A DNA stretch of 64,000 bases from Candidatus Micrarchaeota archaeon (GCA_964358895.1 CAYHPR010000003.1:14473-78472); one strand, 5' to 3'; shown: positions 19,083 through 29,742, counted from the first letter of the stretch. Numbers and translations are program-made. Notes: a model not told the origin generated them from the letters alone.

Positions 19083-20402
19083 ATGAATAAATCCGTGAAA
19101 AAAGCAGTTATAGGGTTGTCAATTCTTTCTATTAGTTTTTCTTCATATCTATTAACCGAAACATTTAGGAGTAAAACTAATAAATTCGTCAAACAGGAAA
19201 ATATTATTGAACAGGCAGAAAAAAATATTGAAAAGATAAGAAAAGGAAAATTTATAATTAATTTTATAAATAAATCTGGTCAGCCAATAAAAAATACAGA
19301 CATTTCCGTTAATCAGTTATCGCATAATTTTAAATTCGGAGGAGCACTTAGTTTATATAACGATAAAAATTATGATAAATATAAAGAAGAATTCTTAAGT
19401 TTATTTAATTATGCAACTTTTGAAACGGCATTAAAATGGAAAATTTTAGAACCAACAATTAATGAATACGATTATGGCTGGGCGGATAATCTATTGGATT
19501 GGTGCAAAAAAAATAACATTGCAGTTAAAGGCCATGCTGTTTTATGGGGGAATAAAAAATGGGGTTTACCTGATTGGTTACAACATTTAGATAATAAAAA
19601 AGTTGAACAAAGAATTGATTTACATATTAAATCCATAATGAATAGATACAAAGATTACATTAAAATATGGGATATTATCAATGAACCATTGACGGATGAA
19701 TTTTTTGGAAATATTGCTAAAGATTATGCTGAAAACGCACTCATTACGGCACGTAAAATTGATCCTAAGGCTAAATTAGTTATTAATGAATTCGGAGTTA
19801 TACATAATAGAGCTAAAAGAGAAAGATTTTATACATACCTCAATAAACTAAAAGAAAAAAATATACCGTTCGATATTATTGGTTTACAAGCACATGAACC
19901 AGTCAATGGTTTTTTCGATTTTAATGAGGTTGCCAATACTTTAAATTATTTCGGAGCATTGGGAAAAGAAATACATATAACTGAATTTGCAGTTCAAACA
20001 AAAAATATTGATGGTTCTTATACTAATGTAGCCGAAAGCCTAATTCAAGGAAATTGGAACGACGATTTACAAGCGTATTATTATGAAAATTTTTATAAGA
20101 TATGTTTTGGTAATGAACATGTTAGTTCTATAACTCTCTGGGCTTTATTCGATGATCGATCATGGTTACTTGGAAGCGGCTTATTTGATAATTATTATAA
20201 GCAAAAAAAAGCATATTTTGTATTAAACAATCTAATAAATACAAAATGGAAAACCAAGGGGTTATATAAGACAAACAAAGAGGGTCAAATAAATTTCAAT
20301 GGTTTTTTTGGAAAATATTCAATAAAAGTTGAGGGATTTAAAACGGAGCACTTTATTAATTTAGAATCGGCCAACTTAACTTATAATCTCTCTATCGAAT
20401 AG
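19083..20402 (+). CDS. GH10-like glycoside hydrolase (beta-1,4-xylanase fold) with N-terminal signal anchor
   Basis: ALKWKILEP, WDIINEPL (acid/base Glu), LQAHEP and EIHITEFAV (nucleophile Glu) follow the order and spacing of GH10 catalytic motifs. Hydrophobic N-terminus. Confidence 0.6.
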   Translation: MNKSVKKAVIGLSILSISFSSYLLTETFRSKTNKFVKQENIIEQAEKNIEKIRKGKFIINFINKSGQPIKNTDISVNQLSHNFKFGGALSLYNDKNYDKYKEEFLSLFNYATFETALKWKILEPTINEYDYGWADNLLDWCKKNNIAVKGHAVLWGNKKWGLPDWLQHLDNKKVEQRIDLHIKSIMNRYKDYIKIWDIINEPLTDEFFGNIAKDYAENALITARKIDPKAKLVINEFGVIHNRAKRERFYTYLNKLKEKNIPFDIIGLQAHEPVNGFFDFNEVANTLNYFGALGKEIHITEFAVQTKNIDGSYTNVAESLIQGNWNDDLQAYYYENFYKICFGNEHVSSITLWALFDDRSWLLGSGLFDNYYKQKKAYFVLNNLINTKWKTKGLYKTNKEGQINFNGFFGKYSIKVEGFKTEHFINLESANLTYNLSIE

Positions 20403-20658
20403 AATAAACTAACGGGCGGCATTTAGACTTTTAAATAGTTTTCTTTCAAGAAGAAGAAAAAATTTGGATGAGCGTTTTTTTTTAATATTTAATTTTAGTT
20501 AAATTACCTCAGCAACTATCCAATTAACGTTAATTTTCTATGATAATTCAAAGAATATGTAATAAATCTAGTTAATTCATTTTCCATAATCTCTTATATT
20601 TTTATATTATCTTTAATACAGGAAACTATTAAAAAACATAAGTCTATCAAGTACTCTA

Positions 20659-21591
20659 ATGAATAAAAAAAAAATAATTTCAATAATAATTCCAACATAC
20701 TATTCCTCAGAAGTTATACTTCGTTGTTTAGAATCTCTTAAAAGTCAAACTTACAAAAATTTTGAAGTAATTATTGTAGATGGGCATTCTAACGATCATA
20801 TCGAAAAGATAATAAAAAATATTAACAACATAAAACTAAAGTTTATTGATATGGGGAAGAATGTTGGCTTTTCTAAGTTATCGAATTTTGGAAGAAAATT
20901 TTCTGAAGGTGATTATCTCTTTTTTCTTAATCCTGATACTGAACTAATTAATAAGAATACTCTTTCCGAGTTGATGGAGAAATTGAAGGAAAACCCTACG
21001 TTTGGAACAATTGGGCCGATTCAAATTCAGCATCATTCTGATCCATATCTAGTTAAATGGATTTATTCAATCCCTAAATTCGGTTTATTTAAATTTTTAC
21101 CAATTAACCAATATGTTCGTAATTTTTCTAAGGTTTTTTCAAGAGTGAAAGATAAACATAATATTCTATATGTTGATTATGTCCCTGGTTGTGCACTCCT
21201 GATAAAGAAATCAATTTTCGATTCGATAGGGGGATTTAATGAAACGTTTTTTCTATATTTTGAGGATACAGATTTATGTTTAAAGCTTTGGAAAAAAGGT
21301 TACACTCCTGTTTTATTAAAAAATTTATATATATTTCATCAAAGTGGACATACTGATAAATTTGTATCTTCTGATTTAAAGTTATTTCATTTTTGGAGAA
21401 GCAAAACAATATTTTATAGAATTTGGGGAATGGCTGCGATCCCTTTACAGATAGCTATCCTTTTAACCGATAGTTTAAGCTATCTTCTTTTAGGAAATAA
21501 GTTAAAAAGTATATTCGGAGCTGTTTTTGGTTTTTTTTATGGGTTATTTAATCTAAACGATTACAAACCAATAAATAAACTATTAAATTAA
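20659..21591 (+). CDS. GT2 family glycosyltransferase with C-terminal TM
   Basis: ISIIIPTYYSSEVILRCLESLKSQTY, VIIVDGHSND and FFLNPDTEL are typical of a GT2 N-terminal Rossmann half. Confidence 0.7.
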   Translation: MNKKKIISIIIPTYYSSEVILRCLESLKSQTYKNFEVIIVDGHSNDHIEKIIKNINNIKLKFIDMGKNVGFSKLSNFGRKFSEGDYLFFLNPDTELINKNTLSELMEKLKENPTFGTIGPIQIQHHSDPYLVKWIYSIPKFGLFKFLPINQYVRNFSKVFSRVKDKHNILYVDYVPGCALLIKKSIFDSIGGFNETFFLYFEDTDLCLKLWKKGYTPVLLKNLYIFHQSGHTDKFVSSDLKLFHFWRSKTIFYRIWGMAAIPLQIAILLTDSLSYLLLGNKLKSIFGAVFGFFYGLFNLNDYKPINKLLN

Positions 21592-21614
21592 AATAATCTT
21601 GGAAAAGTTTTACA

Positions 21615-22859
21615 ATGAACATATTAAGGATAATGCTTAACGCCCCTCCTTTTAAAGGTGGTGCAGAAAATAGAATACACGAAATTAGCAAAGTTCTTGC
21701 TAAAAAACATAAAATAACTGTATTAACTGGGGGTATTCCGGAAGGAAAAGAAAAAGTAGTAGACGGTATCAGATATATTTATTTTGGGGATATGAATATT
21801 TTTACAGGTTTTAAAAACGATTCTCTATCTGAAATGATAAAATGGTTAATCGATGTAAGTAGATACATCTTTTTTAAAAATATTAATATAAAACGATTTG
21901 AAGGTACTTATCTAAGGGCTATGGCAGATTGGTTAAACAAAAATGGAAAAGATTACGACATTATAATAAATGAATTTACGCCTGGGGCAATACGGCCAAT
22001 TTCCAATTACCCTTATAGTCTTAATGTAATACACTTAAGATATTCTTTATTTGATACATTCGAAAAGTCAACTAAATTTGGATGGAAATTTAATTGGTTA
22101 GAAGTCCCGTATTATTATCTATTTCAGCAATTTCTTTTTTTAACAAATAAAAATTTTATAGTTTGTAAGACTGATGATGCAAATGCAATACACTTTCTAA
22201 ATAAAAATGCAAAAATTAAAGTTATTCATCCTGCGGCTGATCCCAGCTTAAGGAAAGCAAAGACCGAAGAAAAAAATTTTATCTTATATATGGGTAGAAT
22301 AGATAAATACCAAAAAGGATTAGATCTACTTTTAGAAGCATTTGCTGAATTAAACTGCAAAGAAAAACTTGTTGTTGCAGGAGATGGTTATGATTTACTA
22401 GAACTTAAAGAAAAAGTTAAAGACTTAGATATAAAAAACAGAGTAAAGTTTGTTGGTTGGGTTGCTGGGAACAGTAAGAGGAAACTATTAACTAAATGTA
22501 AATTTGTTGTTATGCCTTCTAGAATAGAAGGATTAAGCCTCACATCTTTGGAGGCAGCTTATTGTGGAAAAGCAATTTTAGGCACTAATGCAGTTGCACA
22601 TGGCCTTCCAAACGTGTATTTAATTGAGTTGAATAAACAGGATATCTATCGGGGTTTAATTACTCTACTTAATAACTCCAAATTAAGGAAGAAATTAGGA
22701 AATAAAGGTAGAAAAGCAGCGAATAAATTTTCGTGGGAGAGTTCAGCAGGATTAGAAGAAGATTCATATAATCAAATTTTTAATAATAACAAATTAAAGA
22801 GCGAGATAACTGGTTTCGATGAAAATCTTAAGAATATTTTTAAACGCCCCTCCTTTTAA
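21615..22859 (+). CDS. GT4 glycosyltransferase, tandem copy 1 with junction-encoded C-terminus
   Basis: EX7E-type motif SRIEGLSLTSLEAAYCGKAILG. The body is identical to the downstream copy. The last 31 aa are encoded by the duplication junction and overlap the start of copy 2. Confidence 0.65.
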   Translation: MNILRIMLNAPPFKGGAENRIHEISKVLAKKHKITVLTGGIPEGKEKVVDGIRYIYFGDMNIFTGFKNDSLSEMIKWLIDVSRYIFFKNINIKRFEGTYLRAMADWLNKNGKDYDIIINEFTPGAIRPISNYPYSLNVIHLRYSLFDTFEKSTKFGWKFNWLEVPYYYLFQQFLFLTNKNFIVCKTDDANAIHFLNKNAKIKVIHPAADPSLRKAKTEEKNFILYMGRIDKYQKGLDLLLEAFAELNCKEKLVVAGDGYDLLELKEKVKDLDIKNRVKFVGWVAGNSKRKLLTKCKFVVMPSRIEGLSLTSLEAAYCGKAILGTNAVAHGLPNVYLIELNKQDIYRGLITLLNNSKLRKKLGNKGRKAANKFSWESSAGLEEDSYNQIFNNNKLKSEITGFDENLKNIFKRPSF

Positions 22860-23963
22860 AGGTGGTGCAGAAAATAGAATACACGAAATTAGCAAAGTTC
22901 TTGCTAAAAAACATAAAATAACTGTATTAACTGGGGGTATTCCGGAAGGAAAAGAAAAAGTAGTAGACGGTATCAGATATATTTATTTTGGGGATATGAA
23001 TATTTTTACAGGTTTTAAAAACGATTCTCTATCTGAAATGATAAAATGGTTAATCGATGTAAGTAGATACATCTTTTTTAAAAATATTAATATAAAACGA
23101 TTTGAAGGTACTTATCTAAGGGCTATGGCAGATTGGTTAAACAAAAATGGAAAAGATTACGACATTATAATAAATGAATTTACGCCTGGGGCAATACGGC
23201 CAATTTCCAATTACCCTTATAGTCTTAATGTAATACACTTAAGATATTCTTTATTTGATACATTCGAAAAGTCAACTAAATTTGGATGGAAATTTAATTG
23301 GTTAGAAGTCCCGTATTATTATCTATTTCAGCAATTTCTTTTTTTAACAAATAAAAATTTTATAGTTTGTAAGACTGATGATGCAAATGCAATACACTTT
23401 CTAAATAAAAATGCAAAAATTAAAGTTATTCATCCTGCGGCTGATCCCAGCTTAAGGAAAGCAAAGACCGAAGAAAAAAATTTTATCTTATATATGGGTA
23501 GAATAGATAAATACCAAAAAGGATTAGATCTACTTTTAGAAGCATTTGCTGAATTAAACTGCAAAGAAAAACTTGTTGTTGCAGGAGATGGTTATGATTT
23601 ACTAGAACTTAAAGAAAAAGTTAAAGACTTAGATATAAAAAACAGAGTAAAGTTTGTTGGTTGGGTTGCTGGGAACAGTAAGAGGAAACTATTAACTAAA
23701 TGTAAATTTGTTGTTATGCCTTCTAGAATAGAAGGATTAAGCCTCACATCTTTGGAGGCAGCTTATTGTGGAAAAGCAATTTTAGGCACTAATGCAGTTG
23801 CACATGGCCTTCCAAACGTGTATTTAATTGAGTTGAATAAACAGGATATCTATCGGGGTTTAATTACTCTACTTAATAACTCCAAATTAAGGAAGAAATT
23901 AGGAAATAAAGGTAGAAAAGCAGCGAATAAATTTTCGTGGGAGAGTTCAGCAGGATTAGAAGA
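21639..23963 (+). repeat. tandem direct duplication of two 1121-bp units (period 1204 bp, 83-bp junction) of a GT4 gene
   Basis: Every position I compared matches between the copies: 21657 with 22861, 21721 with 22925, 22621 with 23825 and 22751 with 23955. Divergence occurs only in the first 25 nt (MNILRIM against MKILRIF) and after ggattagaaga. Confidence 0.8.
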
Positions 23964-23991
23964 GGTCTATTATGCCGCATTACGCAAATGA
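22819..23991 (+). CDS. GT4 glycosyltransferase, tandem copy 2 with native C-terminus
   Basis: Same protein as 21615-22859 over about 373 aa. Ends EVYYAALRK. Confidence 0.7.
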   Translation: MKILRIFLNAPPFKGGAENRIHEISKVLAKKHKITVLTGGIPEGKEKVVDGIRYIYFGDMNIFTGFKNDSLSEMIKWLIDVSRYIFFKNINIKRFEGTYLRAMADWLNKNGKDYDIIINEFTPGAIRPISNYPYSLNVIHLRYSLFDTFEKSTKFGWKFNWLEVPYYYLFQQFLFLTNKNFIVCKTDDANAIHFLNKNAKIKVIHPAADPSLRKAKTEEKNFILYMGRIDKYQKGLDLLLEAFAELNCKEKLVVAGDGYDLLELKEKVKDLDIKNRVKFVGWVAGNSKRKLLTKCKFVVMPSRIEGLSLTSLEAAYCGKAILGTNAVAHGLPNVYLIELNKQDIYRGLITLLNNSKLRKKLGNKGRKAANKFSWESSAGLEEVYYAALRK

Positions 23992-23994
23992 ATT

Positions 23995-25137
23995 CTATTT
24001 TCTTTTTATCTCTTCATAGACTGCGAGCGTTTCATAAGCAGTTTTTTCCCAACTAAATTTTTTAGCTTGAGAGACGCCCATCTTTGACATTTTTTTTCTT
24101 AATTTTGTTGAGGACAGAACGTCTTCTATAGCATTAACAATTGAATCAATGTTGTGTGGATCCATATAATACGCTGAATTACCATAAATTTCCGGTAAAC
24201 TTGCAACATTAGAAGTTACAACAGGACATCCATACTGCATTGCTTCTAATACTGGCAGTCCAAAACCTTCATAGAATGAAGGATACACAAATAGATCGGC
24301 AGTATTATAAAATTCAGATATGTCTTCGTCTGAGAGGTACCCTAAATGAATGATTTCTTTATTAAGGTTATATTTTTTAATCAAATAAAATATTTCATTA
24401 TAAAGCCAACCTTTATCTCCAATAATTATAAGTTTATGCGGATATCGTTTCTTTTTTAATTTATAAAACGCTTTTATAAGCCCCGGAATATTCTTTCTTG
24501 GTTCAAGATTACCAACATACAATAAAAACGGAGAGTTTATTCCATACTTTTCTTTAATTGTTGAATTTTTTATAATTGATTTCGAAATTTTATTTACACC
24601 TAAATAAATTACAACAATTTTTTCTTCAAGTTTATTAATCTTTTTTCCGAATAGGTTAATTATGTCTTTTTTTGTTGCTTCCGATATAGCAATTATTTTC
24701 TTTGCTTTTTTTATTGAGCTAGTTCTTGCTCCATCTAAATAAATATTCTTATTCCATGAGGCGTGTAATCTAGGGTATAATAAGGTTGTAAGATCATGAA
24801 CTGTAAAAATTGCAGGCGTATAATTAATACAAGGGATATTATAAAAAGTCGAATGTAAAATGTCAACATCATATTTTAGATATCTAATAGGCATTACTAT
24901 TTGTTCCCAGATTGGACGTAGATAATTGTTTTCAATATTCCAGTTTGTCAAGTGTGTTGTAAAATTTTTTTTATCAAACTCTGATCGATAACTCTCACGT
25001 TTTACGAATACGTGGTATTCATTCTGTTTATCTATCTTAGATAATCCTCTTAAAAGATTGTAGGTAGTTCTACTGATGCCACTATTTTTAAATGTCGGTT
25101 CAAAGTACATAAGATGTGCATCAATGGCTATTCTCAT
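23995..25137 (-). CDS. GT4 family glycosyltransferase
   Basis: YPSFYEGFGLPVLEAMQYGCPVVTS is the canonical GT4 EX7E motif. Confidence 0.8.
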   Translation of the reverse strand: MRIAIDAHLMYFEPTFKNSGISRTTYNLLRGLSKIDKQNEYHVFVKRESYRSEFDKKNFTTHLTNWNIENNYLRPIWEQIVMPIRYLKYDVDILHSTFYNIPCINYTPAIFTVHDLTTLLYPRLHASWNKNIYLDGARTSSIKKAKKIIAISEATKKDIINLFGKKINKLEEKIVVIYLGVNKISKSIIKNSTIKEKYGINSPFLLYVGNLEPRKNIPGLIKAFYKLKKKRYPHKLIIIGDKGWLYNEIFYLIKKYNLNKEIIHLGYLSDEDISEFYNTADLFVYPSFYEGFGLPVLEAMQYGCPVVTSNVASLPEIYGNSAYYMDPHNIDSIVNAIEDVLSSTKLRKKMSKMGVSQAKKFSWEKTAYETLAVYEEIKRK

Positions 25138-26068
25138 GTTTTACTCCTCTTATACACATACTGTTTTGGATATCAATATCTTTAAATTCGTGCGGTCTTA
25201 AAAGTATATATAAAAATAAATATATTAGTTTCGAAAGCAAATTAACGATCCTTAATTTTAGAATTTTTTTAATATAATATAACGACAAATTAATCCCAGA
25301 AAATATCCCTTCTTTTACGCCGCCCCATTTATACGCAAATTTTGTACCTGTGACTATTAAATTAATAATTTTATTTAAATTTTTAGTCGGTTGAACTGCA
25401 ACATTAGTTAAATTTTTGTGTATAACCGCTACTTTAGAGTCGCAAAATATGTATTTCCCTTCTCTTCTTATTTTTAATGAGAGATCTATGTCTTCATGAA
25501 ACAAGAAGTATTGTTCATCAAATCCATCTAATTTATTAAATAATTTTTTACTGATTAAAAAATGCCCCCCAATAAGCGCATCAATTTTATGATATCTACC
25601 TGTTAGCTTTTTAAAAAATTTGATAAAACCTAAATAGCTCGCCTTTTTGATCTTGATACCATATACATAAACGGTTCTACCATTATGCATGGTAACTAAG
25701 CTTACTGGACTTATAGCACCTATACTCTCATTTTTATTAATCATATTTATAAGTTCCGTAGTAGTATTTCTTGAAATAAAAAAGACATCAGGATTTACAA
25801 AAAATAAAAATTCACCGCTTGATGCTTTAACTGCTTTGTTGCATCCCTTTCCAAAACCAATATTTTTATTAAGTTTAATGAGTTTATCTACTTTTTTTAT
25901 ATTGTCTACAATTTTTATTGTTTCATCCTGAGAATTATTGTCTAGTATGATAATCTCTTTTTTTGGATAGCTATCATTTACTATTCCAGCTATGCATCGC
26001 TCTATTGTTTCCTGAGAGTTATATGTAATAATAATATAGGAGATTTTTGGTAAAATTTTTATCACCAA
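25121..26068 (-). CDS. GT2 family glycosyltransferase
   Basis: ISYIIITYNSQETIERCIAG, IIILDNNSQDET and FFVNPDVFF. Confidence 0.7.
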   Translation of the reverse strand: MVIKILPKISYIIITYNSQETIERCIAGIVNDSYPKKEIIILDNNSQDETIKIVDNIKKVDKLIKLNKNIGFGKGCNKAVKASSGEFLFFVNPDVFFISRNTTTELINMINKNESIGAISPVSLVTMHNGRTVYVYGIKIKKASYLGFIKFFKKLTGRYHKIDALIGGHFLISKKLFNKLDGFDEQYFLFHEDIDLSLKIRREGKYIFCDSKVAVIHKNLTNVAVQPTKNLNKIINLIVTGTKFAYKWGGVKEGIFSGINLSLYYIKKILKLRIVNLLSKLIYLFLYILLRPHEFKDIDIQNSMCIRGVKHENSH

Positions 26069-27054
26069 TCTTTTAGTTTATTCTTATAGTAATTATAATA
26101 ATATACAAAAGATAACGTTGCACCGATTAAGTATGCATATTCATATGCAGGTATCAAAATTAAACCATAGATCCTCTTTTTAATATCTTTATTTTTTTTC
26201 ATAAAAATTTTTATTAAGTGTATTAAATAGAAAATATTTGAGAAAAATTTATTTAATAGCCAGGATAAGTTGTTTAATAGGCCATCCCTTTTCAAATTGA
26301 AATGGATAGGTACCTCCTGTTTATATCCATTGTAAGGATAAAAAAATCTTATATACTTTATTTGAGTAGGCATTGTATGGACTCCATACGTAAAATATTG
26401 TTTTAGGAATTTAAATACACGACCATTTTTAAGATGAGTAACTAACATCTGCTCATTTTTATAAAATACATAACCTCTTTCCATTAGTTTGCAATTGAAT
26501 TTTACATCCTCCCCTGCAGCATATCTCATTCTTTCGTCAAACGCATGCGTATCAAATATTTTTTTCTTGAATGCAATATTGCATGCTGGGCTTACAGCTA
26601 ATGAACTTTCTATAGCTTTAGTAATAAAAAATGCGTTTACTAATGTTTCTAAACTAGCTCGTTTGTTATAACGAGTTATGCCTACAATTGCTGAAGCATT
26701 TTTATAATTAGAAAATCCTTTTGAAATTTCATATAACCAATTAGAATGTGCAATGCAATCATCGTCTATAAATGCAACATATTTAAATTTTGCTTTTTTA
26801 ACACCAAAATTTCTTGCTGTAGCTGGACCTCTGTTTTTTTCTAATTTAAAATAGGAAAGTTTTAAAGAGTTATATCTCTTTAAAAAGTTTGGTAAATCTT
26901 CATATCTAGAATCGGTAGATCCATCATTCACAATAATAACTTCATAATGCTTTTTTTTATAAGTTTGTGAATTTATCGATTTAATACATCTTTTTAGTAA
27001 ATCATAATTATTGTAAGTAGGTATAATTACCGAAAGTTTATGCATATTAATCAA
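26062..27054 (-). CDS. GT2 family glycosyltransferase
   Basis: LSVIIPTYNNYDLLKRCIKSINSQTY, IIVNDGSTD and FIDDDC (DxD). Confidence 0.75.
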   Translation of the reverse strand: MINMHKLSVIIPTYNNYDLLKRCIKSINSQTYKKKHYEVIIVNDGSTDSRYEDLPNFLKRYNSLKLSYFKLEKNRGPATARNFGVKKAKFKYVAFIDDDCIAHSNWLYEISKGFSNYKNASAIVGITRYNKRASLETLVNAFFITKAIESSLAVSPACNIAFKKKIFDTHAFDERMRYAAGEDVKFNCKLMERGYVFYKNEQMLVTHLKNGRVFKFLKQYFTYGVHTMPTQIKYIRFFYPYNGYKQEVPIHFNLKRDGLLNNLSWLLNKFFSNIFYLIHLIKIFMKKNKDIKKRIYGLILIPAYEYAYLIGATLSFVYYYNYYKNKLKDW

Positions 27055-27163
27055 GAATTGTTATAATTGTTCAATAGTAGATAGTTTAGTTAATATATGT
27101 TTTATGCAGCTATAGTTATTAATAATCCTATGGAGTCTATAACATACAGTTTATGGTTTATTA

Positions 27164-27937
27164 GTGAGGATAATGGTCGATATCAATAAATATTTGGACG
27201 CATTGATTGAATTAGTCTTAGCCGAGTTTAAATTGGTATACCATAAGTCTATCCTCGGGCTCCTTTGGGCGTTCCTTAGTCCGCTATTAACTATGTTAAC
27301 TTTTTTTGTTATATTCTCTTTTTTTATTAATCTTGATATATTGAACTATCCGTTTTTTTTATTGCTTGGAATTCTAACTTGGAATTTTTTCAATAGTTCA
27401 ACTACTGCATGTGTTAATGCATTGGAACTGCGAAAAAGTTTGATTAAAAGCATTAATTTTCCAAGAGAGTTAATTATATTTAGTATTATAATAACCTTTA
27501 TTTTATCTTTGATATTTTATATATTAATATTCTTTGTATTAATGTTATTATTCAACCTGAATGTAGAACTAATTACGCTCATCCAATTTCCTTTGTTGGT
27601 AATTCCTTTAATCATATTCGCAACGGGTATTTCTTTAGCGTTGTCAGTTTTACAAACAAAGTTTAGAGATATTCAATACATATGGGGGTTTATATCTGGT
27701 TTGTTGTTTTTTATTACTCCCGTATTCTATTCTGTCTCAATGGTTCCCAATTGGTTAATGCCCTTATATTTATTAAATCCTTTAGCTGTAATAATAACTG
27801 AGTTACGAAATATAACTCTATTTGAAGCAAATATAAATCTGAGTAGTTTATTTTTAGTTTATGTCATAGTTTTAGTTACTTTATTTCTTGGCCATATCAT
27901 ATTTAAGAAGATTGAACCATCATTGGGTGAAGAATGA
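27164..27937 (+). CDS. ABC-2 type polysaccharide/O-antigen export permease (Wzm/TagG-like)
   Basis: Six TM helices and a size of about 257 aa. Immediately upstream of and overlapping a Wzt-like ATPase, the typical Wzm-Wzt arrangement. Confidence 0.65.
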   Translation: MRIMVDINKYLDALIELVLAEFKLVYHKSILGLLWAFLSPLLTMLTFFVIFSFFINLDILNYPFFLLLGILTWNFFNSSTTACVNALELRKSLIKSINFPRELIIFSIIITFILSLIFYILIFFVLMLLFNLNVELITLIQFPLLVIPLIIFATGISLALSVLQTKFRDIQYIWGFISGLLFFITPVFYSVSMVPNWLMPLYLLNPLAVIITELRNITLFEANINLSSLFLVYVIVLVTLFLGHIIFKKIEPSLGEE

Positions 27938-28662
27938 TCGAAATAAAAAATTTAAATAAAATATTTAAAGTGCCACATGAACGAAGAAAAACGTTATTTG
28001 AAACATTAGTAGGTGGAGTTAAAAGAGATTATGAACTAATCTATGCGTTGAAAGATATTAATCTACGTATATCTAGCGGTGAAGCGATAGGAATCATCGG
28101 TCCAAATGGATCTGGAAAAAGTACGTTATTAAGAATTATTTCTGGGATATACAAATCAACAAATGGGTCAATAAGTGTAAACGGTTCCGTGACACCTATC
28201 TTAGATCTAGGTGCAGGTTTACAGGATGATCTTAGCGGTAAGGAGAACATATATCTATATAGCACTCTTCTCGGTGTTCGTAGAAAGGAAATTGAAGAAA
28301 AGTTCGAGCACATAGTAGAATTTTCGGATATTAAAAAGTTTATCGACACTAGGGTGGAATATTACTCATACGGCATGAGGGCACGGCTTGCATTTTCTAT
28401 AGTTGCAAGTATTAATACAGATATACTTGTAAGCGATGAAATATATGCGGTTGGTGATATAAACTTTCAGCAAAAATGTCATAAAATGTTTAAAGAATTA
28501 AAAGAAAACGGTAAAACACTTATACTTGTATCTCATTCAACTTCAGATATACAAAATCTCTGTGATCGAGTGGTTCTTTTAGAGAATGGTCGGATTACTA
28601 TGGTAGATAAGCCAAAAAAAGTTATCAATTATTATACTAACAAATATCTAGTCAAAAAATAA
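27934..28662 (+). CDS. ABC transporter ATP-binding protein (Wzt/TagH-like)
   Basis: Walker A GIIGPNGSGKSTLL. The signature region is LSGKENIYLYSTLLG. Walker B ILVSDEIYAVGD. Confidence 0.8.
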   Translation: MIEIKNLNKIFKVPHERRKTLFETLVGGVKRDYELIYALKDINLRISSGEAIGIIGPNGSGKSTLLRIISGIYKSTNGSISVNGSVTPILDLGAGLQDDLSGKENIYLYSTLLGVRRKEIEEKFEHIVEFSDIKKFIDTRVEYYSYGMRARLAFSIVASINTDILVSDEIYAVGDINFQQKCHKMFKELKENGKTLILVSHSTSDIQNLCDRVVLLENGRITMVDKPKKVINYYTNKYLVKK

Positions 28663-28773
28663 TTAAATTTTATAAAAATGTAAAGGTATGGATTTTAAGT
28701 AGACGGAATGCTTAAAAATTAAACCGCCAGTATTAATGTGTGGCATATCCAGATTGTTTTTGAGTTGAGAGTT

Positions 28774-29643
28774 ATGAAGCCCGAAATATCTGTTCTAATA
28801 GTTACATATAATTCGGCAGGGTACATAGTTAACTGTCTAAAATCATTAGTTTCTTCAAAAAAAATAAATTTCGAAGTCATATTAATCGATAATAATTCAA
28901 CAGATAACACTTTGACCTTAATCAAAAATTATCCCGTAAAAATCATTAAAAATAATAAGAATATAGGTTTTGGTCCTGCAAATAACCTCGCCGCTAGACA
29001 CGCAAAAGGCGAGTATTTTTTTTTCCTTAATCCCGATTGTATATTAACTGATCAAAATCTTTTGTATAAACTTTATATAAAAATGGTGAAGAATAAACAT
29101 CTAGGCGTTGTTTCACCAAATTCATTTATGGATATTAATAATAACAAAGTACATTATTCTTTACCTTATGTTAATAGGTTTGGTGTGATTTATCATAATA
29201 TCAAATTTGAAGATTATAAAGGAAGAGGAATTACTGCGTATTCTAAAATAAATGGGCGTTCTGATCCGGAGTTATTATATACGGACTCAGTACGTGGAGC
29301 ACATCTATTTGTAAAAAAAGAACTTTTTGATAAATTGGGCGGTTTTGACGAATCATTTTTTTTGTATGGTGAGGAAACAGATCTATGTCTGCGCACTTGG
29401 AAAGCAGGTTATTCAGTTGGTATTTATCTAAACTGTTCAATCTATCATAAGGGGCTTTCAAGTCCAGGAATTTTTAATCGATATATTAGTTGGGTCAGTA
29501 GTCAAACAACCTTTATTAAAAAATGGGTCCCCTATGCTTTACCTTTGTGGTTTTTATTTTATCTTCCAATACGTACCTGGGAGAATACACTGGATTTGTT
29601 AAAATTTAAAAAAATGTGGAATACTAAAGTCAGTATTACCTAA
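28774..29643 (+). CDS. GT2 family glycosyltransferase
   Basis: ATG at 28774 (MKPEISVLIVTYNSAGYIVNCLKSL...ILIDNNSTDNT...FFLNPDC). Confidence 0.7.
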   Translation: MKPEISVLIVTYNSAGYIVNCLKSLVSSKKINFEVILIDNNSTDNTLTLIKNYPVKIIKNNKNIGFGPANNLAARHAKGEYFFFLNPDCILTDQNLLYKLYIKMVKNKHLGVVSPNSFMDINNNKVHYSLPYVNRFGVIYHNIKFEDYKGRGITAYSKINGRSDPELLYTDSVRGAHLFVKKELFDKLGGFDESFFLYGEETDLCLRTWKAGYSVGIYLNCSIYHKGLSSPGIFNRYISWVSSQTTFIKKWVPYALPLWFLFYLPIRTWENTLDLLKFKKMWNTKVSIT

Positions 29644-29742
29644 AGTAATCTAAGCATAACTCTCCTAGTTATTCATCTGTATAAATTAACATCTACTGGA
29701 AGCAATTTAAACTTACTTATTCGAAGAGCAAATAGTGAGCGA

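Noticed and set aside
21615-23991. Possible CRISPR or other short-repeat array suggested by strong self-similarity
   Set aside because: The repeat is two 1121-bp gene-length units with an 83-bp junction, not short repeats with unique spacers. It is a tandem gene duplication. No CRISPR-like array was found anywhere in the window.
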